A stretch of 64,000 bases of DNA from the IMG/VR virus record IMGVR_UViG_3300049740_000832; one strand, given 5' to 3'. Below, piece by piece: positions 38,667 to 47,535 of this stretch (positions within the stretch are counted from its first letter, which is position 1; each line of letters starts with the position of its first letter). The notes below the pieces were generated by a model. That model was not told where the DNA came from. It saw only the letters and a program-made list of their open reading frames with translations, and made no database searches. A program made the translations under genes and the position numbers. This stretch comes from a virus.

Positions 38667-39075
38667 TATCGAAGAAAAATTAAGTGAGGATGTCCACTAT
38701 AAGATAATTCCTCAATCAGACGCCGCTGACGGTTGGGATGTTCGTCTTCTTGAAGAATATCCTGAGACAGTAATTAGATATGGCAGTGTTAAGATTGTTG
38801 AAGAAGGTGATGACGGATATCTCAAATATGATATGGAAATTGTATTCACACCTGACCCCGATTTAGATATAGACGAAGACTTGCCATTTCAGATATATTG
38901 TGGTAGAATACTATCTTCAATAATCGAACAGTCCATCCACGATGGGTCTATGATTGCATCTGATGATAAAACAGGTGAAATGTATGCCGCTGATGAAATG
39001 CACGAACAAGTAAAGGAACTTATTGAAGATGAATATCAATCTGGAACAGACAGTATTGAGGAACTTACTGACTAA
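38656..39075 (+). CDS. Hypothetical protein (gp40-like position)
   Basis: Acidic ORF between uvsX and gp41. Confidence 0.6.
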   Translation: MPNDIEEKLSEDVHYKIIPQSDAADGWDVRLLEEYPETVIRYGSVKIVEEGDDGYLKYDMEIVFTPDPDLDIDEDLPFQIYCGRILSSIIEQSIHDGSMIASDDKTGEMYAADEMHEQVKELIEDEYQSGTDSIEELTD

Positions 39076-40402
39076 TGAAGAGTATATGCGTAAAGTTCTT
39101 CCGTTCATTGCGCCTGATTATTTCGAGGGTGTATACCGTGGTCTCTTTAAGGAGATTGCAAAGTTTGTTGCGGATTACAATAAACTTCCGACTCTCGAAG
39201 CATTCAAGATTGAGATAGACCAGAACAATCGTCTGGGTGAAGATGACTATCGCATCGCACTTGAACTCCTACCAAATATCTTCACACCCGAACCCGAAAA
39301 CCTAGAGTGGTTGATTGAACGCACAGAGAAGTGGTGTCAAGACCGTGCAGTATTCAACGCAGTGATGGAGAGTATCTCTATCATCGATGGTAAACATGCA
39401 ACCCTACAAAAGAATGCAATACCTGATGTCTTGAGTAAAGCATTGGGTGTTACCTTCGATACCAATATCGGTCACGACTATCTTGAGAATGTAGATGGTC
39501 GTTATGACTTCTATCATGAACAGGAAGAACGTATTCCGTTTGACCTAGAACATTTCAATATGATTACTAAGGGTGGTCTGCCTAACAAGACATTGAACAT
39601 CGCACTTGCGGGGACTGGTGTTGGTAAGTCATTGTTCATGTGTCATGCCGCTGCATCGGGTCTCTCACAGGGACGTAATGTATTGTATATTACTATGGAG
39701 ATGGCAGAGGAACGCATCGCAGAACGGATTGACGCGAACTTGTTGAATGTTCCGATTGACCAGTTGGAGAACCTGTCGAAAGATATGTTCACTGACAAGG
39801 TATCACAGATTGCTGCCAAGACACAGGGTAAACTTATTATCAAAGAATATCCTACAGGTCAGGCAAATACATCGCACTTCCGTGCGTTGTTGAACGAACT
39901 GAAACTCAAGAAGAACTTTGTTCCAGAGATTATATTTATTGATTATCTAAATATATGTGCGTCATCACGAATGAAAGGAATGGGCGGTGCTATCAACTCA
40001 TATTCATACATTAAAAGTATTGCAGAAGAAATTAGAGGACTCGCAGTCGAGTTCAACGTTCCGATTGTATCTGCAACGCAGACGACTCGTTCAGGTTATT
40101 CTAATGACGATGTTGGGCTTGAAGACACATCCGAATCTTTTGGACTACCCGCTACCGCAGACCTCATGTTCGCACTCATCTCAAACGATGAACTAAATAA
40201 TCTGGGTAAGATACTGGTCAAACAGTTGAAGAACAGATACAACGACCCGACCAAATATAATAGATTTACTGTGAAGGTTGACCGTTCTAAGATGCGTCTA
40301 TCAGATGATGATGATGGTGATGATAATAATGTCATTGATGCTCGACCAGTATTCGATAAATCAGAAGCCGCAGAACGATTCAAGAATTTTAAGTTGGAGT
40401 AA
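39029..40402 (+). CDS. gp41: Replicative helicase (gp41)
   Basis: AGTGVGKS, IDYLNIC, SESFGLPATAD, KQLKNRY. Confidence 0.97.
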   Translation: MNINLEQTVLRNLLTNEEYMRKVLPFIAPDYFEGVYRGLFKEIAKFVADYNKLPTLEAFKIEIDQNNRLGEDDYRIALELLPNIFTPEPENLEWLIERTEKWCQDRAVFNAVMESISIIDGKHATLQKNAIPDVLSKALGVTFDTNIGHDYLENVDGRYDFYHEQEERIPFDLEHFNMITKGGLPNKTLNIALAGTGVGKSLFMCHAAASGLSQGRNVLYITMEMAEERIAERIDANLLNVPIDQLENLSKDMFTDKVSQIAAKTQGKLIIKEYPTGQANTSHFRALLNELKLKKNFVPEIIFIDYLNICASSRMKGMGGAINSYSYIKSIAEEIRGLAVEFNVPIVSATQTTRSGYSNDDVGLEDTSESFGLPATADLMFALISNDELNNLGKILVKQLKNRYNDPTKYNRFTVKVDRSKMRLSDDDDGDDNNVIDARPVFDKSEAAERFKNFKLE

Positions 40403-40404
40403 AC

Positions 40405-40629
40405 ATGGACGCATTATTACATACAATCATTGTCCTATTGACAATATTCTTTTCCTTCTGGTTTGGTCTCTTTCGTGGTTATATGCGTGGACTTGACGAG
40501 GGAGTCGCAGAGGGTTCTGCAATCGCATTGAAACAAACGCTTGAATATATGCGTAGTAAACACGACATACATATCACAGACTATGATATCAAATTGGCAT
40601 CAGAGTATATAAGAAATGACAGAAGTTAA
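40405..40629 (+). CDS. Small membrane protein
   Basis: N-terminal TM helix followed by G..EG motif. Confidence 0.65.
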   Translation: MDALLHTIIVLLTIFFSFWFGLFRGYMRGLDEGVAEGSAIALKQTLEYMRSKHDIHITDYDIKLASEYIRNDRS

Positions 40630-41175
40630 TCTTATCGAAGTTAACGAACCTTGGAAACATTACATAGTTGAAAATTTCCTAGAAGTTGATGATTTCAAAG
40701 AACTGGAAAAATGGGTAGATAGTCTTCCAAATGCCGAACCTAAAGACCGATACAATAAATGGGTTACCGATTCATCAAAGGTTGTTAAGGCAAAAGAAAG
40801 ATTTGAAAACTTATTATCAGAAATAAATTTTGTTCCAAGAATACCATACAGGATTGAAGTTGAGTATAATAGTGTAGGTCAGGATTATGATTACCCAATA
40901 CATACTGACTCCCCAGATAAATTTGTTACTTTGGTATTATATGTTTCCCCAGAGGATAATCAAGGCACTCGCATTCATAATTCCGATAAGACTTTTCATT
41001 CGGAAGTAAAGTGGAAAAAGAATTCTGGACTATTATTTGAGATAAAAGATGATACTTTTCATACATACAAATCAAAATTTTCATCTAGAAAGACAATAAA
41101 TATTATCTGTCTAGAAGAGAAGAATCAAAAACTAGGTGGTCGGAGATATTAAAAAATGACAGAAGTTAATCTTAT
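40614..41175 (+). repeat. 22-bp direct repeat AAATGACAGAAGTTAATCTTAT (40614-40635 and 41154-41175)
   Basis: Identical start regions of the oxygenase gene and thyX. Confidence 0.9.
40616..41152 (+). CDS. 2OG-Fe(II) oxygenase
   Basis: PWKHYIVENFL, IHTD..DK, GT, W..N, TFH, RKT. Confidence 0.75.
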   Translation: MTEVNLIEVNEPWKHYIVENFLEVDDFKELEKWVDSLPNAEPKDRYNKWVTDSSKVVKAKERFENLLSEINFVPRIPYRIEVEYNSVGQDYDYPIHTDSPDKFVTLVLYVSPEDNQGTRIHNSDKTFHSEVKWKKNSGLLFEIKDDTFHTYKSKFSSRKTINIICLEEKNQKLGGRRY

Positions 41176-41809
41176 AGCGTTGAGTAAACCGTCTGCAATA
41201 ACGGACTGTAAGACTGCCGCTGAATTGATTGCGTATACCGCACGAGTAAGTAATCCAACAAATCAAAACAACACCGCAACTGCGCCAAAACTGTTGAGGT
41301 ATTTGATTAAGGAAAATCATTGGTCACCATTTGAGATGGTGCATATGACTCTTGAAATCAAAACGACTCGTGATATCGCACGACAAATGTTACGACATCG
41401 CTCGTTCTCGTTTCAAGAGTTTTCTCAACGATATGCAGAGGCGACTGAATGGCAGAAACGTGATGCAAGACTTCAGGACTTGAAGAACCGTCAGAACTCT
41501 ATGCCAACAGATGATGAAGAACTGCGCGAAATGTGGGATACAGTTCAGGAAAAATTGATTAAGAATGCAGAAGACGCATATAAATGGGCATTAGAAAGAG
41601 GGATTGCAAAGGAACAAGCGAGAGCAGTTCTACCCGAAGGTAATACAATGTCCACTCTCTATATGTCTGGAACTTTGCGTAGTTGGATTCACTATTGTCA
41701 ACTTCGCCGTGGTCATGGAACTCAACTTGAACATATCGAAATCGCAGACATGTGTTGGGACATTATCGGTGTCCACTTCCCTGATATCATAGAAGCACTC
41801 AATGACTGA
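41156..41809 (+). CDS. thyX: Flavin-dependent thymidylate synthase
   Basis: HWSPFE, RHRSFSFQEFSQRY, KEQARAVLP, TQ.EH. Confidence 0.96.
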   Translation: MTEVNLIALSKPSAITDCKTAAELIAYTARVSNPTNQNNTATAPKLLRYLIKENHWSPFEMVHMTLEIKTTRDIARQMLRHRSFSFQEFSQRYAEATEWQKRDARLQDLKNRQNSMPTDDEELREMWDTVQEKLIKNAEDAYKWALERGIAKEQARAVLPEGNTMSTLYMSGTLRSWIHYCQLRRGHGTQLEHIEIADMCWDIIGVHFPDIIEALND

Positions 41810-42464
41810 GATTGTAATCCGTAATAAAGAGTTTCTCAAAACTCTGGATGACACACTTGATAGATTTCTACCACACACCGACAAGATGATAGAACTTAGT
41901 TCGCATCTCGGCCCTGCTCCAATCGGAGAGGGTGAACAGTATTGTAAACCTGACCATCTGTGGGAAGTTATGGAACGAGACCACATTGGATTTCCTGAAG
42001 AGGGATATGGGTTTCAGGTGTCGCATGGTGCATCTGTTCTTCCCGAAATATTTGAACCACTCAAACTATGGACAAAGAATGAACTGGTTCGTATCTTCGG
42101 TGCGAACAATAACTCTTTAACATCATACTATCCGCCCAAAGGGTTTGTCGGTTGGCACACAAACTGGAATGCCTTTGGATATCAACTCATTCTCACATGG
42201 AGTGAGGGTGGTGATGGATACTTTACTTATTATGATAAGAAGAATGATGAGTTTGTCAAACACGAAGATGTCAAAGGATGGCAGGCTCGGTGGTATCGAT
42301 TTGGTCGCTGGGACGAAGAAGAACACCACTGTTGGCACGCTGCATGGACTGAATGTCCCCGTTTCACTCTTGCGTTTAAGTTTCCTTATGGAAACCTCAC
42401 AGAGAAACACGACCAAGCATATGACGCAATCCAAGACTTAATATATGATATAGAAAATGGTTGA
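41802..42464 (+). CDS. Cupin/2OG-like hypothetical protein
   Basis: YYPPKGFVGWHTN ... CWHAA ... RFT. Confidence 0.55.
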   Translation: MTEIVIRNKEFLKTLDDTLDRFLPHTDKMIELSSHLGPAPIGEGEQYCKPDHLWEVMERDHIGFPEEGYGFQVSHGASVLPEIFEPLKLWTKNELVRIFGANNNSLTSYYPPKGFVGWHTNWNAFGYQLILTWSEGGDGYFTYYDKKNDEFVKHEDVKGWQARWYRFGRWDEEEHHCWHAAWTECPRFTLAFKFPYGNLTEKHDQAYDAIQDLIYDIENG

Positions 42465-42489
42465 CAAACCTGTCTGGTTTTGATATAAT

Positions 42490-43092
42490 ATGAAAATGAA
42501 AAATGAAACTATTACAAGGATTGCCCTAGTAGGTCTACTAGCGTTTTCTGTATTCAGTGTTATAAACATTGCAGTTAATATATTTTTAACTGAGAAAGAA
42601 GTTTTGGTTCAACATGTTATGAGTGAACCTAAAACTCTAATCATTGAAGAACTGCCTCACACACAAGATGATTTGGAATGTCTTGCACTTAATCTTTATC
42701 ATGAAGCTCGAAACGAATTAGATGCGGGACTATATGCAGTTGCGGATGTAACACAAAATCGTGTTGCAGACCCTAGATGGCCTAATACAATATGTGATGT
42801 TGTGTATGAGGCACAAATGTATACTGGGGTCAGTGGTAAAGAGTTTCCTAAACGTAATCAGTGTCAATTCTCTTGGTATTGTGATGGTCGTGATGACGAA
42901 CCCCGTCAAGGTAGGTCATGGGAAAAATCCAAATACATTGCAAGAATGTTCTTGACACACGATGAGTTTCGTGGTATAACAGAAGGTGCGACACACTATC
43001 ATGCAACCTATGTGAGTCCTCGTTGGGCAACTGCAAAGGGTATGCATATGGTGGGTCAGATTGGTGAACATATATTTTATAGGTGGAAGTAA
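42490..43092 (+). CDS. Cell-wall hydrolase (SleB / Hydrolase_2)
   Basis: CLALNLYHEAR, NRV...WPNTICDVV, CQFSWYCDG, ATHYHA, IGEHIFY; N-terminal TM anchor. Confidence 0.9.
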   Translation: MKMKNETITRIALVGLLAFSVFSVINIAVNIFLTEKEVLVQHVMSEPKTLIIEELPHTQDDLECLALNLYHEARNELDAGLYAVADVTQNRVADPRWPNTICDVVYEAQMYTGVSGKEFPKRNQCQFSWYCDGRDDEPRQGRSWEKSKYIARMFLTHDEFRGITEGATHYHATYVSPRWATAKGMHMVGQIGEHIFYRWK

Positions 43093-43379
43093 TGATGATT
43101 CAATACAAATACGATGAAGACATGTATCTTGACGAGTTGACTGCATATGTCGATGCAACATATGGCGAACACTACTCACAGAACAAATATCAAGCAACCG
43201 AATTTATTATTGACGGTGGTCATGGTGACGGTTTCTGTATCGGTAATATTCTAAAGTATGCACAACGATATGGTAACAAAGATGGTTACAATCGTAAAGA
43301 CCTGTTGAAAGTGTTGCACTATGCACTCATTCAACTTCACGTTCATGATGCTTATGGGAGAGACGACAATGAATCGTAA
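43092..43379 (+). CDS. DUF3310 / T7 gp1.7-like nucleotide kinase family protein
   Basis: HY, GFCIGNILKYAQRYG.K, DLLK..HY. Confidence 0.75.
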   Translation: MMIQYKYDEDMYLDELTAYVDATYGEHYSQNKYQATEFIIDGGHGDGFCIGNILKYAQRYGNKDGYNRKDLLKVLHYALIQLHVHDAYGRDDNES

Positions 43380-43599
43380 ATTAAAACGCACAACAGATGT
43401 TGCAATTAAGGGCGTCAAGTATATTGACGCAGAAATGAATATGTGGGCAGACAAGTATTCTGGTGGTGGTGCAATACCTAAATCGGTTAAAAGAAGAGTC
43501 GCTCGTCTGGTTGAGGCTCGAAAAGTTGCTGTTGAAAAAGAAAACACTACACCCGAACCTTTGAATGAAATCGAACAAAAAATTCAAGAAATGGCTTGA
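43369..43599 (+). CDS. Hypothetical protein
   Basis: MNRKLKRTT...; GGAG RBS. Confidence 0.6.
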   Translation: MNRKLKRTTDVAIKGVKYIDAEMNMWADKYSGGGAIPKSVKRRVARLVEARKVAVEKENTTPEPLNEIEQKIQEMA

Positions 43600-43748
43600 C
43601 AATTTCTTTTTGTTATGATATTATAAGTTATCATCGGAATTAAGGATGGTTGGCTACAGTAAAGTTCCTCGATTGAGGTGTAGGGTGCGTGTTTCCAATG
43701 ATATTTTATAATGTTGTTTTGAATATGAAATTCACGAAAGGAAAAGTT

Positions 43749-44027
43749 ATGAATTTTGTTACTGGTAATTTTGATATTGTAGGAACACATCTACAAGGAA
43801 CAATCAACACATCATACAATCGTTTGGTTGATGTGTTTGGTAAACCCACAGAGTTTGCATCTGATGATGGTAAAGTCCAAGCAGAATGGGCAATCAAGTT
43901 CAATGATGGAACTCTCGCCACAGTCTATGACTGGAAAGAAGATAAGTCAATGTATGAGGTTCGTGAATGGCACATTGGTGGTTATTCAGATGCCGCTGTT
44001 ATGAATGTTGTGGATGAAGTGATATGA
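43749..44027 (+). CDS. Hypothetical early protein (YDWK...WHIGG motif)
   Basis: RBS GAAAGGA at 43736; TTGACA promoter at 43596. Confidence 0.7.
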   Translation: MNFVTGNFDIVGTHLQGTINTSYNRLVDVFGKPTEFASDDGKVQAEWAIKFNDGTLATVYDWKEDKSMYEVREWHIGGYSDAAVMNVVDEVI

Positions 44028-44230
44028 AGTTTCTTCTGATTGTCGCTTCAATGAATATGGAAATATTGTATCCGTCAGAAGAGATGTGTGATTTGGCGGC
44101 AATAAAGTTCCGTGAACTCTACAAGGAGGCAATCTGTGTTCCTGCTGGGATACAAGAAGAAGACCAGATGGTCAAGATGTTTAGATTGATGAAGGAGTTT
44201 GTTGAAAATGTCGAACCAAAGAGCCGCTAA
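44024..44230 (+). CDS. Small hypothetical protein
   Basis: ATGA-coupled 68 aa ORF. Confidence 0.6.
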   Translation: MKFLLIVASMNMEILYPSEEMCDLAAIKFRELYKEAICVPAGIQEEDQMVKMFRLMKEFVENVEPKSR

Positions 44231-44414
44231 AAAATCCAAACCTATGGGTGACGGAAACCTGATGAAGACTATGTTGTTCTTCAAGGCATGTAAAGAAGTT
44301 CTTGAAGAGTATGGTCATGATGATGCTGCATTCTACTTTGAACAGTTAGAAACGCACATGCGAGATGGTGGCACTCTTGACCAGAACAAAGCGGGAAATA
44401 TTCTTGGAGTATAA
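44208..44414 (+). CDS. Small hypothetical protein
   Basis: MSNQRAAKK...; AGGAG RBS. Confidence 0.6.
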   Translation: MSNQRAAKKSKPMGDGNLMKTMLFFKACKEVLEEYGHDDAAFYFEQLETHMRDGGTLDQNKAGNILGV

Positions 44415-44417
44415 ATA
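44410..44417 (+). promoter_or_regulatory. Late promoter TATAAATA upstream of tmRNA
   Basis: Exact consensus. Confidence 0.75.
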
Positions 44418-44423
44418 ATGGTG

Positions 44424-44716
44424 TTAATTCATAGATTTTTATCGTATTCGTTGAAGCAAACTGAAAGATAGACTGGACGGGGGTGCGATACCCCCCGCCT
44501 CCACCAAACCCCCTCTGAGGGGGCGAAATAGGTTCGACAGGTATCAAGTAGGAATGTGGAGAATAGGTGCGGAAGCCACCTGTGAGTCGGACGGGCAATC
44601 CCATCCGCAAGAGCGCAACAAACTCGTAAGTGCAAACGATAATTACGCACATGAGGATTACGCCCTCGCGGCATAATCTTCGGGGTCAGGGGACGCCTAG
44701 CAACAGAAGTCCCCAC
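44424..44716 (+). ncRNA. ssrA: Two-piece (circularly permuted) tmRNA; tag (A)ANDNYAHEDYALAA
   Basis: Acceptor 3' end ...GGGGGTGCGATACCCCCCGCCTCCACCA (to 44506) precedes the 5' GGGGGCGAAATAGGTTCGAC (from 44519). G3:U70 pair. Tag ORF 44632-44676. Ends approximate. Confidence 0.93.
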
Positions 44717-44735
44717 TTTTATATTAGGAGATATC

Positions 44736-45173
44736 ATGATTAGATTTATTACATTATTTGTGGCGTTAGTATTCACTACGCCAGCATATGCAGAAGAAAC
44801 AATTGTTGAAATGTTGAATAAACGAGACGATGGCGCTCGTATGGTATATTCAGAAGATGTTACATACATCAATGCAGGCGACACAATCAAATGGTTGCCG
44901 ACTGATAAAGGTCATAATGTTGAGTTTATTGCAGGGCCAGAAGGTTATGAATTACCCAAACGTTCTAAGTTCAACAAAGAAGTCTCATTGACATTCGATG
45001 TGCCGGGCGTATATTTGTATCAATGCACACCTCATAAGGGTATGGGTATGATTGCACTTGTTGTTGTTGGTAATGATACATCGAATTTGGCACAAGTTGC
45101 GGCGACTAAAGTATTTGGTGGTAGTAAGAAGAAGTTACAAACTCTTGCTGCTGGAGTATCTTTAGGTAAATAA
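44736..45173 (+). CDS. Pseudoazurin (type-1 blue copper protein) with signal peptide
   Basis: Signal ending AYA, VEMLN, GHNV, C-T-P-H-x-G-M-G-M copper ligands. Confidence 0.88.
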   Translation: MIRFITLFVALVFTTPAYAEETIVEMLNKRDDGARMVYSEDVTYINAGDTIKWLPTDKGHNVEFIAGPEGYELPKRSKFNKEVSLTFDVPGVYLYQCTPHKGMGMIALVVVGNDTSNLAQVAATKVFGGSKKKLQTLAAGVSLGK

Positions 45174-45266
45174 AATGGATAAGTTTGGATTTATTATTGA
45201 TAAAGTAAGCGTTAAAGTTATTTTACTATTACTTGCCTATGTTGGTATTTTATTTTGGAGTGTAAA

Positions 45267-45584
45267 ATGAGAAAATTTATTTATGATAGTTGGAATACAA
45301 TCTTCGACCACAATATGAGCCCCTTGAAAAATATTCCTGATGTCCATGTAAGACATATGGTTTTACAAGTGCTCGCTTATATGTGGGTTATTGCATTTAG
45401 TGTTGCAATCGGTAGTTGGTCTGGATTTCTTTGGTCGATGTTGGGTCACATTGCACTGCTTACCGCAATCACAGTAACAGTAGCAACATATAAGGTTGCA
45501 GAAATAAGACCAAATACGTTTTTGGAATGGGGTTACAATCCTTCACCAAATCCAGGCAGAAGAGTTGATGGAGAACACGAATAA
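45267..45584 (+). CDS. Conserved membrane protein
   Basis: PLKNIPD..RHMVLQVLAYMW; two TM helices. Confidence 0.7.
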   Translation: MRKFIYDSWNTIFDHNMSPLKNIPDVHVRHMVLQVLAYMWVIAFSVAIGSWSGFLWSMLGHIALLTAITVTVATYKVAEIRPNTFLEWGYNPSPNPGRRVDGEHE

Positions 45585-45590
45585 TCCTAA

Positions 45591-45667
45591 CGGGGTTTAG
45601 CACAGTCTGGTAGTGCGCTCGCTTTGGGAGCGAGAGGTCGGAAGTTCGAATCTTCCAACCCCGACCA
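45591..45667 (+). tRNA. tRNA-Pro, anticodon TGG
   Basis: CGGGGTT/AACCCCG acceptor, A73, CCA; CTCGC-TTTGGGA-GCGAG; GGAAG-TTCGAAT-CTTCC. Confidence 0.95.
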
Positions 45668-45688
45668 ACAAATAGGATATATAGTTGT

Positions 45689-46717
45689 ATGAAAGTAAGA
45701 ACTCTAAAAAACAACGCAGTCGAAGCTTATGACTTTGATATCTACTCTGACGAGAATATCGCAGACTTGGGTAGACTTGTCGCGAATGAGTCTGTCGTTC
45801 TGGTAGACCAGAAACTAGACCAGAAGAGAACCTATGATGTTCAGATGCAGTGGGGTAGTCCCGCACACTCAATCGTTCACCTTGCCACATCGGTAGGGAC
45901 AATGAAGGGTGTTCATTGGAATAGTCTTCGACTGAATATTCTTAACGGTTCATCAGAGATTGAACCAGACTATCGCAACACCATGTCGGTTGTTACCTAT
46001 CAGAGAAATAAGAAAGGTAGACCGAAGGGTGTTTTTGCGAATGGCATATTGGGTTGGCACAGTGACCAAGTTGCCCTCAATGATGGAGACCGTATCATTG
46101 GTTTGGTTTCGGTTGAACATACCGAAGGGTCACAGACTGCATTTCTTTGCACCAAAGAAGCATATAACAAACTGAATCACGAAGACAGAACGATGGTTGA
46201 TGAACTCCAGAGTGTGTATCGTTGGAACAGAAAAAACTTTACGGGTAATCTGATTGACGAACAGAAACAGATGGTCAGATATAATCAAGTCCCTGTCGAT
46301 GGTATGATGTGTAAACTACAACAGTCAACACCGTCTGGTGTGAAGGGTATTCACTTCCCTGGCACTCTCTTCCATAAGTTCGATGGTATGACCGAAGAAG
46401 AAAGTCTGAAGTTCAAGGAATATCTCTGGGAGAAAATCAATCGGCCTGAATACATCTACACTCACGACTGGAAGGACGGTCAGGTTGTCTACATGGAACA
46501 GAACATCACTCTACACGCCCGTCCAACCGATATCATAGATGGTAATATGCGTAAGTTGTGGCGTAATATTTCATATATGGACAAACTATATTCAGGCGAG
46601 GGTCACAAAGATGAGTATACGGTGGACGGTAAAGTAATGGACGGTTCTGAATTCTTAACTTTGGTTGATGATATTCGAAGAGAAGAGTATGAGTCTGGAA
46701 GAAAAATTGCTGTCTAA
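45689..46717 (+). CDS. TauD/TfdA-family 2OG-Fe(II) dioxygenase
   Basis: WHSD, T.F....AY..L, H.W..GQVV......LHAR, RKLWR. Confidence 0.85.
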   Translation: MKVRTLKNNAVEAYDFDIYSDENIADLGRLVANESVVLVDQKLDQKRTYDVQMQWGSPAHSIVHLATSVGTMKGVHWNSLRLNILNGSSEIEPDYRNTMSVVTYQRNKKGRPKGVFANGILGWHSDQVALNDGDRIIGLVSVEHTEGSQTAFLCTKEAYNKLNHEDRTMVDELQSVYRWNRKNFTGNLIDEQKQMVRYNQVPVDGMMCKLQQSTPSGVKGIHFPGTLFHKFDGMTEEESLKFKEYLWEKINRPEYIYTHDWKDGQVVYMEQNITLHARPTDIIDGNMRKLWRNISYMDKLYSGEGHKDEYTVDGKVMDGSEFLTLVDDIRREEYESGRKIAV

Positions 46718-47150
46718 CATCGATACTCTTCTAACAGACTATCGTGTAGTAAAAGACAAATCAAAGAGAATACCAAATAAAGAACAGAACTCGTTTGGTA
46801 AGGGATGGGATACTGTCATACTAAAATACGGTAGACCTTCTAAAATCAGTTATCTGATACCAAATACTTTTGAACTATTATTAGATGAGAGAATACGAGC
46901 CGCGCACTTTATAACTCTCTATCCTAAATCGTTTGTTCCCGCCAACACAAAAATCAAATACTATGATGATGCAGTGGTTCATCATATACCTTTGATTATT
47001 CCAGAAGGTGAAACTGGAATGATATTTTCAGATAATTATGAACTCAAGAAGTGGAAGATGGGTGAAACACTCACCTATGATGGAAGTAGAACATATGCGG
47101 GGTATAACTTTACTGACGAGGAACGAGTTATACTTCATATAGTTCAATAG
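46689..47150 (+). CDS. Asp/Asn beta-hydroxylase-like protein lacking metal ligands
   Basis: HIPLIIP, W..G, N.TDEERVIL scaffold present, but HxD and the distal H are replaced. Confidence 0.55.
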   Translation: MSLEEKLLSNIDTLLTDYRVVKDKSKRIPNKEQNSFGKGWDTVILKYGRPSKISYLIPNTFELLLDERIRAAHFITLYPKSFVPANTKIKYYDDAVVHHIPLIIPEGETGMIFSDNYELKKWKMGETLTYDGSRTYAGYNFTDEERVILHIVQ

Positions 47151-47177
47151 ATACGGTTGGTCGCGAAATAGACCCGC

Positions 47178-47208
47178 GAGACGCCCACGGTTAGCGTCTC
47201 ATTTTTTT
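47178..47208 (+). terminator. Intrinsic terminator with upstream alternative pairing
   Basis: GAGACGC-CCACGGTTA-GCGTCTC-A-T7. Confidence 0.75.
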
Positions 47209-47229
47209 GTCCATTAAGACCTCTTTGCG

Positions 47230-47237
47230 TATAAATA
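47230..47237 (+). promoter_or_regulatory. Late promoter TATAAATA of the curli/cyclase operon
   Basis: Exact consensus followed by GAGGT RBS. Confidence 0.8.
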
Positions 47238-47253
47238 GGCATGAGGTAAGTAA

Positions 47254-47535
47254 ATGGAACAAGTGTTCACAATCATTGCTGAACTGGGTTTCCCTATTGC
47301 TGCCGCCTTAATTGGTGGTTTTTTTATGTTTCTGACCCTACGATATATCATGGATGGTGTTATCGGTCAGGTGAAGGGAATACACGGTATCGTATCAGCA
47401 CTCGATAATCGAGTAAAGACGATGAATCATGACCTGATTCGTCTCGATACAACTATGTGTGTCGTTTTAGGAATAAGACCAGACCTGAATCGTATCTCCC
47501 GCGCAGACGGTAAAAACGATGCGAGGAGAGACTGA
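47254..47535 (+). CDS. Single-TM coiled-coil protein (GFPI.AA; YvrJ/holin-like)
   Basis: LGFPIAAAL TM segment followed by coiled coil; paralogous to the next gene. Confidence 0.65.
   Translation: MEQVFTIIAELGFPIAAALIGGFFMFLTLRYIMDGVIGQVKGIHGIVSALDNRVKTMNHDLIRLDTTMCVVLGIRPDLNRISRADGKNDARRD

Noticed and set aside
44418-44475. Glutamine (glnA) riboswitch ahead of the tmRNA
   Set aside because: I could not see the glnA consensus; the segment is explained as the tmRNA acceptor piece pairing with the coding piece.
44281-44890. Minus-strand ORFs 44281..44652 and 44429..44890
   Set aside because: They overlap the tmRNA and pseudoazurin; their openness is explained by the GC-rich RNA.
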